A stretch of 33,711 nucleotides of DNA from Malacoraja senta (taxonomy: Eukaryota), in the NCBI GenBank assembly GCA_038087875.1, contig JAXLNO010000692.1, positions 1-33,711 on the forward strand, in the 5' to 3' direction. A program made the position numbers and the translations under genes. Of the stretch, positions 10,089 to 20,084 are shown piece by piece; within the stretch, counting starts at the first letter, position 1, and the number at the start of each line of letters is the position of its first letter. The notes beneath the pieces are model-generated. The model was not told the origin of the DNA, did not search any database, and saw only the letters and a program-made list of their open reading frames with translations.

Positions 10089-11202
10089 AGGTAGACACAA
10101 CATGCTTGGGTAACTCAACGGGCCAGGCAGCATCTCTGGAGAGAAGGAATTGGTGATGTTTCGGGTCGAGACCCTTCTTCAGACTTATGTCAGGGGAGGG
10201 GGCAGGACAAAGATAGAATGTAGTCGGAGGCAGTAAGACTAGTGGGAGAACTGGGAAGGGGGAGGGGATGGAGAGAGAAAGCAAGGGCTATCTGAAGTTA
10301 GAGGTCAATGTTCATACCGCTGGGTATGAGCGAAATATGAGGTGCTGTTCCTCCAATTTGCGCTGGGCCTCACTCTGACAATGGAGGAGGCCCAGGACAG
10401 AAAGGTCAGATTGGGAAAGGGAGGGGGAGTTGAAATGCTGAGCCACCGGGAGATCAGGTAGGTTAAACGGAGCGGAGGTGTTCAGCGAAACGATCGCTGA
10501 GCCTACGCTTGGTCTCGCCGATGCAGAGAAGTTGACACATGAAATGAGGTTGGAGGAGGTGCAAGTCAACCTCTGCCTCACCTGGAAAGACTGTTTTGGT
10601 CCTTGGATGTAGTCGAGGGGGGAGGTAAAGGGACAGGTGTTGCATCTCCTGCTGTTGCAGGGGAAAGTACCTGGTGGTTTGGGTGGGAAGGGACGAGTTT
10701 ACCAGGGATTTTCGGAGGGAACGGTCTCTGCAGAAAGCAGAAAGAGGTTGAGATGGGAAGATGTGGCCAGGAGTGGGATCCCACTAGTCTTATCGGCCTG
10801 TCCAACTTACGCGACTTTTTCGGCGACTGCCGGCACCCGTCATAGGTCGTTGCAGGTTGCCAAAAATGTTCAACATTTTGAAAATCAAGTGGCGACCAGA
10901 AAGAAGCTACGACTCTTTGGGCGACTGAGGAGAGTACTCACTACTCACGACATGTCGCGCAGTGAAGCCTGTATGATCATGAGTAGTCACCCAAAAAGTC
11001 GCATGTGGGACAGGCCCATAACTCTCTCCAACTACATTCTATCTTTGTCCTGCCCCCTCCCCTGACATCAGTCTGAAGAAGGGTCTCGATCCAAAACGTC
11101 ACCCATTCCTTCCCTCCAGAGACGCTGCCTGTCCCGCTGAGTTACTCCAGCATTTTGTGTCTACCTTCGATTTAAACCAGCATCTGCAGTTCTTTCCTAC
11201 AC
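10089..11202 (-). mobile_element. Penelope-like element remnant: decayed GIY-YIG endonuclease plus pLTR, with an inverted pLTR copy at about 11025-11200
   Basis: Minus-strand peptides RQRLTCTSSNLI, CIGETKRRLSDRFAEHLRSV and PDLPVAQHFNS..LEEQHLIFR. 10089-10229 is the reverse complement of about 11026-11166. Hammerhead cores at 10155-10182 (-) and 11073-11100 (+). Confidence 0.8.
10793..11018. mobile_element. PIF/Harbinger-like MITE
   Basis: TIRs ggcctgtccaacttacgcgactttttcgg / ccaaaaagtcgcatgtgggacaggcc; flanked by TTA (10790-10792) and TAA (11019-11021). Confidence 0.75.
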
Positions 11203-11399
11203 AACCGACAAACCTGCATGTCTGGAGCACCCGGAGGAAACCCACGCGGTCACAGGGTGAATGTGCAAACTCCGAGCAAACAGCTCTTGAGGTCTGGATC
11301 AAACCTGGGTCTATGGTGCCGTGAGGCAGCGGCTCTACCCACTGCGCCACTGTGCCTCCCAATTGTTGCTTGTATAATGTATAGAATTCTGATGAAGTC

Positions 11400-11505
11400 T
11401 TCTGAAGAAGGGCCCCGACCCGAAACGGCACCGATCCATGTTCTCCACAGATGCCGCCTGACCTTGCGTCATTTTTATTAAACCAGCATCTGCAGTTCCT
11501 GGTGT
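11400..11505 (+). mobile_element. Penelope-derived short repeat
   Basis: ctgaagaagggccccgacccgaaacggcacc..agatgccgcctgacc..taaaccagcatctgcagttcct; cleavage triplet mutated to GGC. Confidence 0.7.
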
Positions 11506-11899
11506 CTCCACCTCGGCTGATGAATTGCCTTTCCTGGTTCAGTGATGTTTAGGGCAGTTGCAGCTGCCTTGGTCTTCATAAGCTCAGACAATGAAACACA
11601 GATCCAGGAAGTGATCCAGTAACCTCTGGCATTCTTGTCATCTTTCCCACACAATGCTGACAACTCACATAACATTGGACAAGCTGGCTTTGGGCTTTGT
11701 ATTTCCATTCACATTACATCGAGCCAGGAGATCAGACTACAGCATTAAGATCAGCTTTTCCTTGTATATAATCTTGCAGTCACTTGCTTTCCTTTACCAT
11801 ATCCCTCTTCCATATTTATATCGCATGTGCAGGTAAAATTAACCAAATCCCCCTTTCACTGTAATTTAATCTGTGTGTCTAACAGTTTCCATGTTTAAT

Positions 11900-12172
11900 T
11901 TAATTTAGTTTAGAAATACAGCGCGGAAACAGGCCCTTCAGCCCACCGAATCCGCACCGGCCGGCGATCCCCTCACACTGGAACAATTTACAATTTTGCC
12001 CAAGCCAAATTAACATACAAACCCACACGTCTTTGGGATATGGGAGGAAACCGGTGTACCCGGAAAAACCCACAAGGAGAATGTGCAAGCTCCACATAGA
12101 CAGCACCTGAGGTCAGGATCGAACCAGGTCTCTTGTGCTGGCTGTGAGGCAGCAACTCTACTGCTGCACCAC
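11900..12172 (-). mobile_element. tRNA-derived V-type SINE, near full length
   Basis: Head with A/B boxes (rc of ggatcgaacc, 12116-12125), conserved core, CR1-like tail and (tttag)n. Confidence 0.8.
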
Positions 12173-12295
12173 GGATTACTGCAGGAGCCACAGTGAAGCT
12201 GCATTAATTTTTTGGGCAATGTTTATGTCGAGCGTTCTTGAGTTGATGTTGTCGGTAGATGTTTGACCTCGCTGTGCTCTGCCCCCCTGTTGCAG

Positions 12296-12542
12296 CGAGT
12301 TGCCGGAAGAGGAAGAGGATGGAGAGCTGGCGCGGCTGGAGGCGGAGCAGAAGCTGGAGCAGATCCACCGCAGTCTGGACGAGAAGGAGGTGCAGGAGTA
12401 CGAGCGGCTGAGGCAGCAGGGCCATGACAACGAGCTGGAGCTGGAGGAGCTGAAGAGTAGGAGGGAAGAGCGGCGCAGGGCACGAGAGGAAGAGGAGCAG
12501 CGGAGACAAGTGCTGGAGCAGGAGCTGCTGGCCAAGGAGGAG
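12296..12542 (+). CDS. Internal coding exon of a caldesmon-family gene (probably lymphocyte-specific protein 1, LSP1-like)
   Basis: Acceptor tgtgctctgcccccctgttgcag| and donor GAG|gtaggc. Encodes ELPEEEEDGELARLEAEQKLEQIHRSLDEKEVQEYERLRQQGHDNELELEELKSRREERRRAREEEEQRRQVLEQELLAKEE, which resembles the caldesmon segment LEELRRRR..EFEKLKQKQQEAALELEELKKKREERRKVLEEEEQRRKQEE (recalled sequence). Ends in phase 0. Confidence 0.85.
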
Positions 12543-12865
12543 GTAGGCACCGTTCCCCGCCTTAATGGCAATTCCAATAGTTGTTGAGTCTCGACACCAA
12601 CTCACTTGGCATTGTTTTTTCACTGGAGCGTCGGAGGTTGCAGGGAGACCCAATAAAAGTATACAACATTATAAGAGGCATAGATAAGGTAGACAGTCAG
12701 AATCTTTTTCCCTGCTAAGTGCTTTAATTGAGAGTCTCGGCCTCAGTTGAATAATTTTCAGTCGCTAGCTTTGGAAAGTCATTCTGAGTGTGTGGGAATG
12801 AGAATGCCTGGTCTTCCCATGGGATTGCAATGTAGGAATGTCTTCCAATAAACAATCTTTATCGT

Positions 12866-14209
12866 TTAGACAATAGACAATAGACAATAGGTGCAGGAGT
12901 AGTCCATTCGGCCCTTCAAGCCAGCACCGCCATTTAATGTGATCATGGCTGATCATCCCCAATCAGTACCCCGTTCCTGCCTACTCCCTATATCCCCTGA
13001 CTCCGCTATCTTTAAGAGCCCTATCTTGCTCTCTCTTGAAAGTATCCAGGGAACCGGCCTCCACCACCCTCTGAGGCAGTGAATTCCACAGACTCACAAC
13101 TCTCTGTGAGAAAAAGTGTTTCCTCGTCTCTGTTCGAAATGGCTTACCCCTTATTCTTAAACTGTGGCCCCTGGTTCTGGACTCCCTCAACATCGGGAAC
13201 ACGTTTCCTGCCTCTAGCATGTCCAAACCCTTAATAATCTTATATGTTTGAATAAGATTCCCTCTCGTCCTTCTAAACTCCAGTGTATACAAGCCCAGCC
13301 GCTCCATTCTCTAAGCATATGACAGTCCCACCATCCCGGGAATTAACCTTGTAAACCTAACCTCAATAGCAAGAATGTCCTTCCTCAAATTAGGGGACCA
13401 AAACTGCACACAATACTCCAGGTGTGGTCTTACTAGGGCCCTATACAAATGTACTCAACTCCTCTTGTTATAAAGGTCAACATGCCATTTGGTTTCTTCA
13501 CTGCCTGCTGTACCTGCATGCTTACTTTCATTGACTGATGAACAAGGACCCCCAGATCCCATTGTACTTCCCCTTTTCCCAACTTGACACAATTTAGATA
13601 GTAATTTGCCTTCCTGTATTTCCTACCAATGTGGATAACCTCACATTTGTCCACATTAAACTGCATCTGCCATGCATCTGCCCACTCACCCAACCTGTCC
13701 AAGTCACCCTGCATTCTTATAGCATCCTCCTCACATTTCACACAGCCACCCAGCTTTGTATCATCTGCAAATTTGCTAATGTTACTTTGAATCCCTTCAT
13801 CTAAATCATTGATGTATATTGTAAATAGCTGCCTTGTAAATCAGCACCGAGCCTTGTGGCACCCCACTAGTCACTGCCTGCCATTCTGAAAGGGACCCGT
13901 TAATCCCAATTCTTTGTTTCCTGTCTGCCAACCAATTTTCTATCCATGTCAGCACTCTACCCCCAATACCATGTGCCCTAATTTTGCCCACTAATCTCCT
14001 ATGTGGAACCTTATCAAATGCTTTCTGGAATTTCAGGTACACTACATCCACTGGCTCTCCCTTGTCCATTTTCCTCTTTACATTCCAGAAGATTAGTCAA
14101 GCATGATTTCCCCTTTGTAAATCCATGCTGACTCGGACCGATCCTGCTACTGCTAACCAAATGTGCCGCTATTTCATCTTTTATAATTGACTCCAGCATC
14201 TTCCACTAC
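12866..14209 (-). mobile_element. CR1 LINE, 3' half (RT, decayed) with (gacaata)n tail
   Basis: Minus-strand peptides [44 protein letters not shown] and RTRGHSLRI; tail at about 12868-12889; collinear with 24010-25380. Confidence 0.9.
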
Positions 14210-15015
14210 GGGTGCCGCATGAAGGCTGCCTCTGCCCACAGTCTGTCCGTTTTTCCATCTTTTAAAAACTTTTCAGTTTAAAAGTATGTTGAGGAGGTTT
14301 CTTTGGTTTTTCTATGTGGGGGAGGGGGGTAGGGTAAGGGGGAAACCATTTCCCAGTCGCCTCCTGGCGAGGACGCGACTATTCTCCGAGTCGCATCCTC
14401 GCCCCCCTCCTCGCAGCCTACCAACTAGATTGGCACGGCCTTTCCTGTCGGGGACTGGACCAGAGCTCCAGCAGTGGTGGCGTAGCACTGGATACATTGT
14501 GGAGCGGGCGATGCCTCACCTGGGATCGCCGTTTGAAGCTCCGGAGTGCTGGGCCTGCTGCAAGAACATCGCGGGGCTGTGGTTTGAAGAGGTTCCAGCG
14601 CGGGCGGCGCTGACTTCAACATCGCGGTGCCCTGGGGCCCTTTGCCGAGGGCCGCCAGCGTGGGTCTCTGCTCGGTGCGGCCTGTGGACTTCGGGAGCCG
14701 TGGACTCCGGTAGGAAGTGGCCGATTCGGAGGTCCAAGCCGCTGAGGTTGTTCTCCCGTTACGACGTCGGAGTTCCATCACCCAACCTGTCCAAGTCACT
14801 CTGCATTCTTATAGCATCCTGAGGGCCTGAGCATCGGGCCACCCGTAGCGGCGACTGCGGAGGGCTGCGGAGGGTTCGGGAGGCCCCGACCACTGGTGTA
14901 CATCAAAGAACATCAAAGAGGAGGATGACTGAACTTTGGGCCTTCCCTCACAGTGGGAAACTTTGATTCCGCTGTGCAGGGGATATTTATGTTAAAATAC
15001 TATCGTGTTTTTCTG
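14210..15015. repeat. Unclassified CpG-rich insertion (probably a non-autonomous transposable element) inside CR1
   Basis: Begins abruptly where CR1 similarity stops. High CpG content; 14-bp-stem hairpin at 14367-14402; no credible ORF. Confidence 0.5.
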
Positions 15016-15019
15016 TGAA

Positions 15020-17326
15020 ACCACAGTTTGAACCAGCAAAGTTTTCATTTTTTAGAATAACGTATATGTTTGTATTATTATGCCTGACGGAAGCAGGAAT
15101 CATGGCTGCATAGCCAGTCAGACAGTACGAAAACTAAAGCGAGATCTTGCTGGCTTTATTTCAAGCCCCGACTGATGAGGCAAAATGGAGGAAGACATAA
15201 AAGAACATTCCTCCTTCTTGTAGCGAGAATGTATCTCTCAACACTGTTATGCCACATATTTTTGCAATCAGTGAATAAGCACGAAACCAACATGTCGATA
15301 TTCGGTGTTTCATTGAACCATACTTTCATAAATACTTTGTGATCCAACACCTATTCTGTGTTGTCATCGATCTGAACTTGATGATACACCAGTGGCAAAG
15401 GAGATTAGGTAAATTATTACAGGATACTTTTACTTGATTGCCATGTGACTAACATATGTCACCACCGTAGTGTATCAACTTGAAGTTAAGCATGTAGATT
15501 ATGTATATTCGCTCAATAGCCCTTTACCCATGGGATGCATCTAGTGTCTATAGCTAGTTGATACCAATAACTGAAGAATTGGCAACTCATGCAAATCTCC
15601 TCCACCTCCAAACTAGAGATGACATTCGCAATGCTCCACTTAGAGCCTTTAGCATCAGTTTGTAAAATAACTGAAATTCGACTGACCAAACTACCGGAGC
15701 AATGTTGAATACTGTTTGTTCATCATTGTGACTTAGGTAGCTTCAGCTGGTCATAGCATAAGCCTGTTAACAATGACCTACATGTCATATGAGAGGTTGC
15801 TACTATGCAAGATGTCAGTTCCCCGACTTGCACAGCTGAATCACAGCTACTATATTGCCAATTACTCTTGATGAATAGAATTCAGCTTAATAACAGGTTT
15901 CTATTAACTCCAATCTCGTGCCACAAGGCGGAGTCATAGGCTAATTAATAGTTAAAGGTAAATCCCAATGACCAACAAGTCTATTTGGTAACAACTTAAA
16001 GTTAACTGGATGGATGAGCCCAAATTTTCAAATATAGTTTGAGGCTGAAACAGGTGATTGTAACAAAATACAGCATTAGAATATCATCCAGATATCATCT
16101 TGATTGGTCTGACAGCTTTTGCTTCGTCCCAGGTTTTTGCTGTTGAATAGACCTTACCTGAATAGAAGATTCGGCGGCTGGCTCTCATATCCCCCTGATA
16201 GCGCTGTTCACTGCCGGCACACATGTGCTCCAGTATGTTCCACGGATATCTTTAGAATCTGAAGTCAGTTACATCTTTCGCACTCCCCTCCTTAGAGAGG
16301 GCGATTCGTGGGCAGCCCTAAACAGGTGCTGCCGCAGGCCCCTGGGGATACCTGCGCTGATATGGCCCCCAATGGACCTATACCAGGATGGAACATTCAG
16401 TTGGGATGGCAAACTTTGTTGTCAGGAAATGATACCTCTGACACGTGCCCTTCATCCCTTGGGGTATGCTCCACGGCTATACCCTCAGACTCGGCGTCAG
16501 AATTACACTGACCCGGCATGCTCTCCTCTTCAAAGAGGGAGACATGAAGCAGCCCTGTCCCAGGCGCTGCTGGCGCGGGCTCTCCCGTAGGCCACCGCTG
16601 TGACAGATTCGGCGTCAGCAGTATACTGACCCGTGATGGTCTCCCCCTCCAACAGGGAGACATGAAGCAGCCCTGTCCCAGGCGCTGCTGGCGCGGCCTG
16701 TCCCACAGGCCCGCGCTTCCAAATTCAATTTTAGAGTGTGGAGCTTCACCTGTAAAGGGTTAAAATGACAACAGAATCCTCCAAATACATACTTATTTCC
16801 GGAAGGGAATCCTTGCAGCCCGACTCGTCCGAGTTCAATAGGGCTGATCGATGTATCGGTGATTTCACCCCATGCCTGGGGACCTCCGAACGACGATATG
16901 CCTGTGAGCCACTGACCGCACTGTCAGCGACTCTGGCGGTGATACTGCCTTCCTGCTTGATTTGCCCTCCCCGGGAACCACAGCAGGCTGGAAACTACTG
17001 ATCACCTTGTCAGTGACTGGGATGACGAACCCGACATCTGCCGACTATCCGCTTTCGCGGTCGGAACCGGGGTCTCCCCACAGCCCATAGCCGGTTCACT
17101 CGCCGGAATTTGCCAATATCTAGCAGGATACGTCTGTGAAAAGAGGTTCCTGCAAGAAATTCAAAACCCTGGTAAGTGATACAAAACTTACCTGTAGTTT
17201 TAAACTTACTGCCGGCAGGAGCGATGCCCTGCCAGTCCGGTGCTTCGCCATGCGAAAGACGATATGACGCGCATGCGAACTGGCGGGGCTTCTTCATGGA
17301 TTCACTCACGTGACTCCGAAGTAAAA
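15020..17326 (-). mobile_element. DIRS-like (tyrosine recombinase class) retrotransposon remnant, internally deleted and 3'-truncated
   Basis: In DIRS order on the minus strand: TTTT-starting terminus (about 17326), gag-like VPAVNSAI (about 16197-16220), RT YLDDILML (16071-16094), RNase H D.TTVVTYVSHM (15442-15476), and a methyltransferase-like segment DDNTE*VLDHKVF..TPNIDML..PPFCLISR (15156-15370). No recombinase domain seen. Confidence 0.75.
16486..16711. repeat. Two-copy ~118-bp tandem direct repeat within the DIRS remnant
   Basis: caga.tcggcgtcag..ta.actgacccg..agggagacatgaagcagccctgtcccaggcgctgctggcgcgg..aggcc starting at 16486 and 16604. Confidence 0.85.
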
Positions 17327-17760
17327 TTCCCTGTTTTCTCTCTCCCACCTTTCTTAAAAAGTGGGATAACATTAGCTACCCTACAATGCACAGGAACTGA
17401 TCCTGAATCTATAGAACATTGGAAAATTATCACCATTGCATCCACAATTTCGAGAGCCACTTCCTTAAGTACCCTGGGATGCAGACCATCAGGCCCTGGG
17501 GATTTATCAGCCTTCAGTCCCATCAGTCTACCCAACACCATTTCCTGCCTAATGTGGATTTCCTCCAGTTCTCCCGTCACCCCAGATCCTCTGGCCACTA
17601 CTATATCAGGAAGATTGTTTGTGTCCTCCTTAGTGACGACGGATCCAAAGTACTTTTTCAACTCATCTGCCATTTCTTTGTTCCCCACAATAAATTCACC
17701 TTTTTCGGTCTTCAAGGGTCCAACTTTGGTCTTAACTAATTTTTTCCTCTTCACATACCT
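17325..17760 (-). mobile_element. CR1 LINE, continuation of 12866-14209
   Basis: [39 protein letters not shown]; picks up 23 nt past the break at 14209 when compared with the paralog at 25371-25440. Confidence 0.9.
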
Positions 17761-17766
17761 AATACT

Positions 17767-18056
17767 CAGTGGTGCAGCATTAGAACAGCTGCCATACAGC
17801 GCCAGAGATTGCGGGTTCGATCCTGACCTCGGGTGCTGGCTGTATGGAGTTTGCACGTTCTCCCTGTGACCGTGTGGGTTTTCTGTGGGTGCTCCGGTTT
17901 CCTCCCACACTCCAAATATGTACAGGTTTTGTAGGCTAATTGGCTTCCGTAAATTGTAAATTGTCCCTAGCTTGTAGGATAGCACTAGTGTAGAGGGTGA
18001 TTGCTGATCAGCATGGTGGGCCGAAGGGCCTGTTTCCATGTTCCCTTCTAAAGTCT
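17767..18056 (+). mobile_element. tRNA-derived V-type SINE, full length
   Basis: A-box gtggtgcagcattag; B-box ggttcgatcc (17814-17823); core ggagtttgcacgttctccctgtgaccgtgtggg..gctccggtttcctcccac; tail gggccgaagggcctgtttcc. Confidence 0.85.
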
Positions 18057-18334
18057 ATAAAGTAAAGGTGCTGCTGACCTTGTTGACTTGCTCCAGAACG
18101 GGTGACGAGGGTTATGGGGAGAAGGTAGGAGAATGGGATTAGGAGGCAGAGTGCAGCCATGACTGAATGGCGGAGTGAACTAATTCTACTCCTATAACTT
18201 GTGTGTACTTTGTCTTGGTTCTGTCAAATCCAGCAGGGATATAATGGAAACAAAAAAAAGTTTTTACCGAGTTACTCCAGCCCTTTGCTTCTTTTTTTTG
18301 TAATTTAAAAAAAAAAAATTTTTTGAGGCATTAC

Positions 18335-18500
18335 AATAGACAATAGAGAATAGACAATAGGTGCGGAAGTAGACCAATTTGGCCCTTTGAGCCAGCACTG
18401 ACATTCACAGTGATCATGACTGATCATCCATTATCAGTACCCCGTTCCTGCTTTCTCCCCATATCCCCCCGACTCCGCTATCTTAAAAAGCCCTCTCTAA
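18335..18500 (-). mobile_element. CR1 3' terminal fragment with (gacaata)n tail
   Basis: Near copy of 12868-13025. Confidence 0.8.
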
Positions 18501-18572
18501 TTTACAGTTCAAATTGTTGAAAGTCATATTGGGTGGGGACCTCCAACAACATTACATTTGGTTCTCGCGCAG

Positions 18573-18713
18573 GAGGAGAAGAGAAGAATGAGGGAAGAGC
18601 GAGAGCAGCGAAGGATGGAGGCAGCAGAGAAACGGCAAAGGGTGCTGAGTGTTTCAGGTAGCGAGATGGAGGACCCATTTGTCCCACTCAGCCCCAAGAG
18701 CCCAACTCTTAAG
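18573..18713 (+). CDS. Next coding exon of the caldesmon-family (LSP1-like) gene
   Basis: Acceptor ttggttctcgcgcag| and donor AAG|gtaaga; 141 nt, phase 0-0, in frame with the previous exon. EEKRRMREEREQRRMEAAEKRQRVLSVSGSEMEDPFVPLSPKSPTLK aligns without gaps to the 47-aa caldesmon segment EEKRRLKEEIERRRAEAAEKRQK..PFKCFTPKGSSLK (recalled sequence). Confidence 0.88.
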
Positions 18714-18863
18714 GTAAGAACGACAGCAGTTATATTTGCTTTGGCAATGCATGTGTAAAGACCGAGTTCCACAAGGCTAACAACACCATATAAGTCATGA
18801 GATGGTATGTGGGAAAGAAGAAAATGCAAAGACCCGACATGCCAACAAGATTTACTCCCAAGA

Positions 18864-19006
18864 TAGACACAAAATGCTGGAGTAACTCAGCGGGACAGGC
18901 AGCATCTCCGGAGAGAAGGAATGGGTGACGTTTTGGGTCGAGTCTCGACCCGAAACGTCACCCATTCCTTCTATCCAGAGATGCCGCCTGTCCTGCTGAG
19001 TTACTC
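18864..19006. mobile_element. Fold-back (palindromic) Penelope-derived mini element
   Basis: 63-bp inverted arms 18880-18942 / 18944-19006 around a single T at 18943. Confidence 0.85.
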
Positions 19007-19049
19007 TATTTTTTGGCAATATTCAGTGTAAACCAGCATCAGCACCAGC

Positions 19050-19600
19050 AAGGATGCAGAGGAGGTTCGCCAGAATGATGCCTGGATTAGAAGGTATTAG
19101 TTACAGGGTGAGGTTGGACAGACTTGCACTTTTTTCTCTCGACTGTCAGAGGTTGCAGGGAGACCTGATAGATTTATATAAAATTATAATAAAGATTATA
19201 GATACGGTAGACAGTCGGAACCTTTTTCCCAGGGTGGAAATGTCAAGGAGAGAGGTGCCATGTTTAAAGGAGATGAGTGAGGAAAGATTCTTACACAGAG
19301 GGTGGTGGGGCCTGGAAGATGCTGCCAGGACTGGTGGTGGAGGGAGATACGATAGTGGTGTTCAAGAGGCTTTTGGATAGGCACATGATATGCAGGGAAT
19401 GGATCACGTGCAGGCAGATAATAGTTGGTCTTGGCATTAAGTCTAGCATTGACATAGCGGGCTGAAGGGCCAGACAGACCCAGTGCTTTACTGACCTATG
19501 TTGCCACGACCTGGGGGCCTGCACTATAGGGAGAGGTTGGGCAGGCTACGCCTTTATTCCATAGAGCGCTGAGGGGTGATCATATAGAGGTGTATAAAAT
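19050..19600 (+). mobile_element. CR1 3' fragments
   Basis: MQRRFARMMPGLEGISYRVRLDRLALFSLDCQRLQGDLI..NLFPRV; a second fragment at about 19495-19600. Confidence 0.8.
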
Positions 19601-19616
19601 CTCTTCCCTTCATGAA

Positions 19617-19757
19617 GAGTGGGAGGCAGCCGGTGAAAACCCACGCAGTCACAGGAAGAACGTACATACTCCGTACAGTCAGCACCTGTAGTCAGGATCT
19701 CACACGGGTCTCTGGCGCTGTAAGGCAGCAACTCTACCGCTGCACCACTGTGCCGCC
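19617..19757 (-). mobile_element. V-type SINE 5' half
   Basis: gtgggagg..aaaacccacgcagtcacagg..cagcaactctaccgctgcaccactgtgccgcc (rc of head). Confidence 0.7.
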
Positions 19758-20084
19758 CGACTTGCATTGTTCTAAGAATGAATGCTCTGCAAAATGCACT
19801 GCTTGCTGCACAAAAATGTTTGTGATCATAAATAGTGTCGGCCTGATGCATTTTGTGGCTTTTGGTGAATGTCTAGGATAACATTATGGTGTGCCAGCGG
19901 CGATTTCAAGCTAACCATCTTCACAATAGAACCAATTGTATAATATTCCACTAAACTGTCCATGTGTTAATTCCTGAGTTCCCATTGATTTTTTGGTGAG
20001 CCAAACTTCCAAATTGTGATTGTCACAGTATTAAATGTGTACTTGTTTGCTCTCTAAAGCTGTTTGAAGTCTTGAATAACGCTT

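Larger units (their letters stand above)
9935..11356 (-). mobile_element. V-type SINE split by a 1.1-kb insertion (tail about 9935-10088; body and head about 11203-11356)
   Basis: SINE sequence stops at aacctacaaacctg (10075-10088) and resumes at aaccgacaaacctg (11203-11216), a 14-bp duplication with 1 mismatch. Confidence 0.75.

Noticed and set aside
12176..12653. Minus-strand Ser/Leu-rich ORFs
   Set aside because: Antisense shadows of the Glu/Arg-rich exon.
14286..14822. 178-aa ORF in the CpG-rich repeat
   Set aside because: No recognisable domain; long ORFs are expected by chance in GC-rich DNA, and it runs through the templated CR1 patch.
15172..15200. CTGATGAG, a possible hammerhead box
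   Set aside because: No stem II or GAAA box follows; it is the antisense of the DIRS PPFCLISR coding motif.
17767..17840. tRNA-like A/B boxes
   Set aside because: SINE head continuing into the SINE core; not a tRNA gene.
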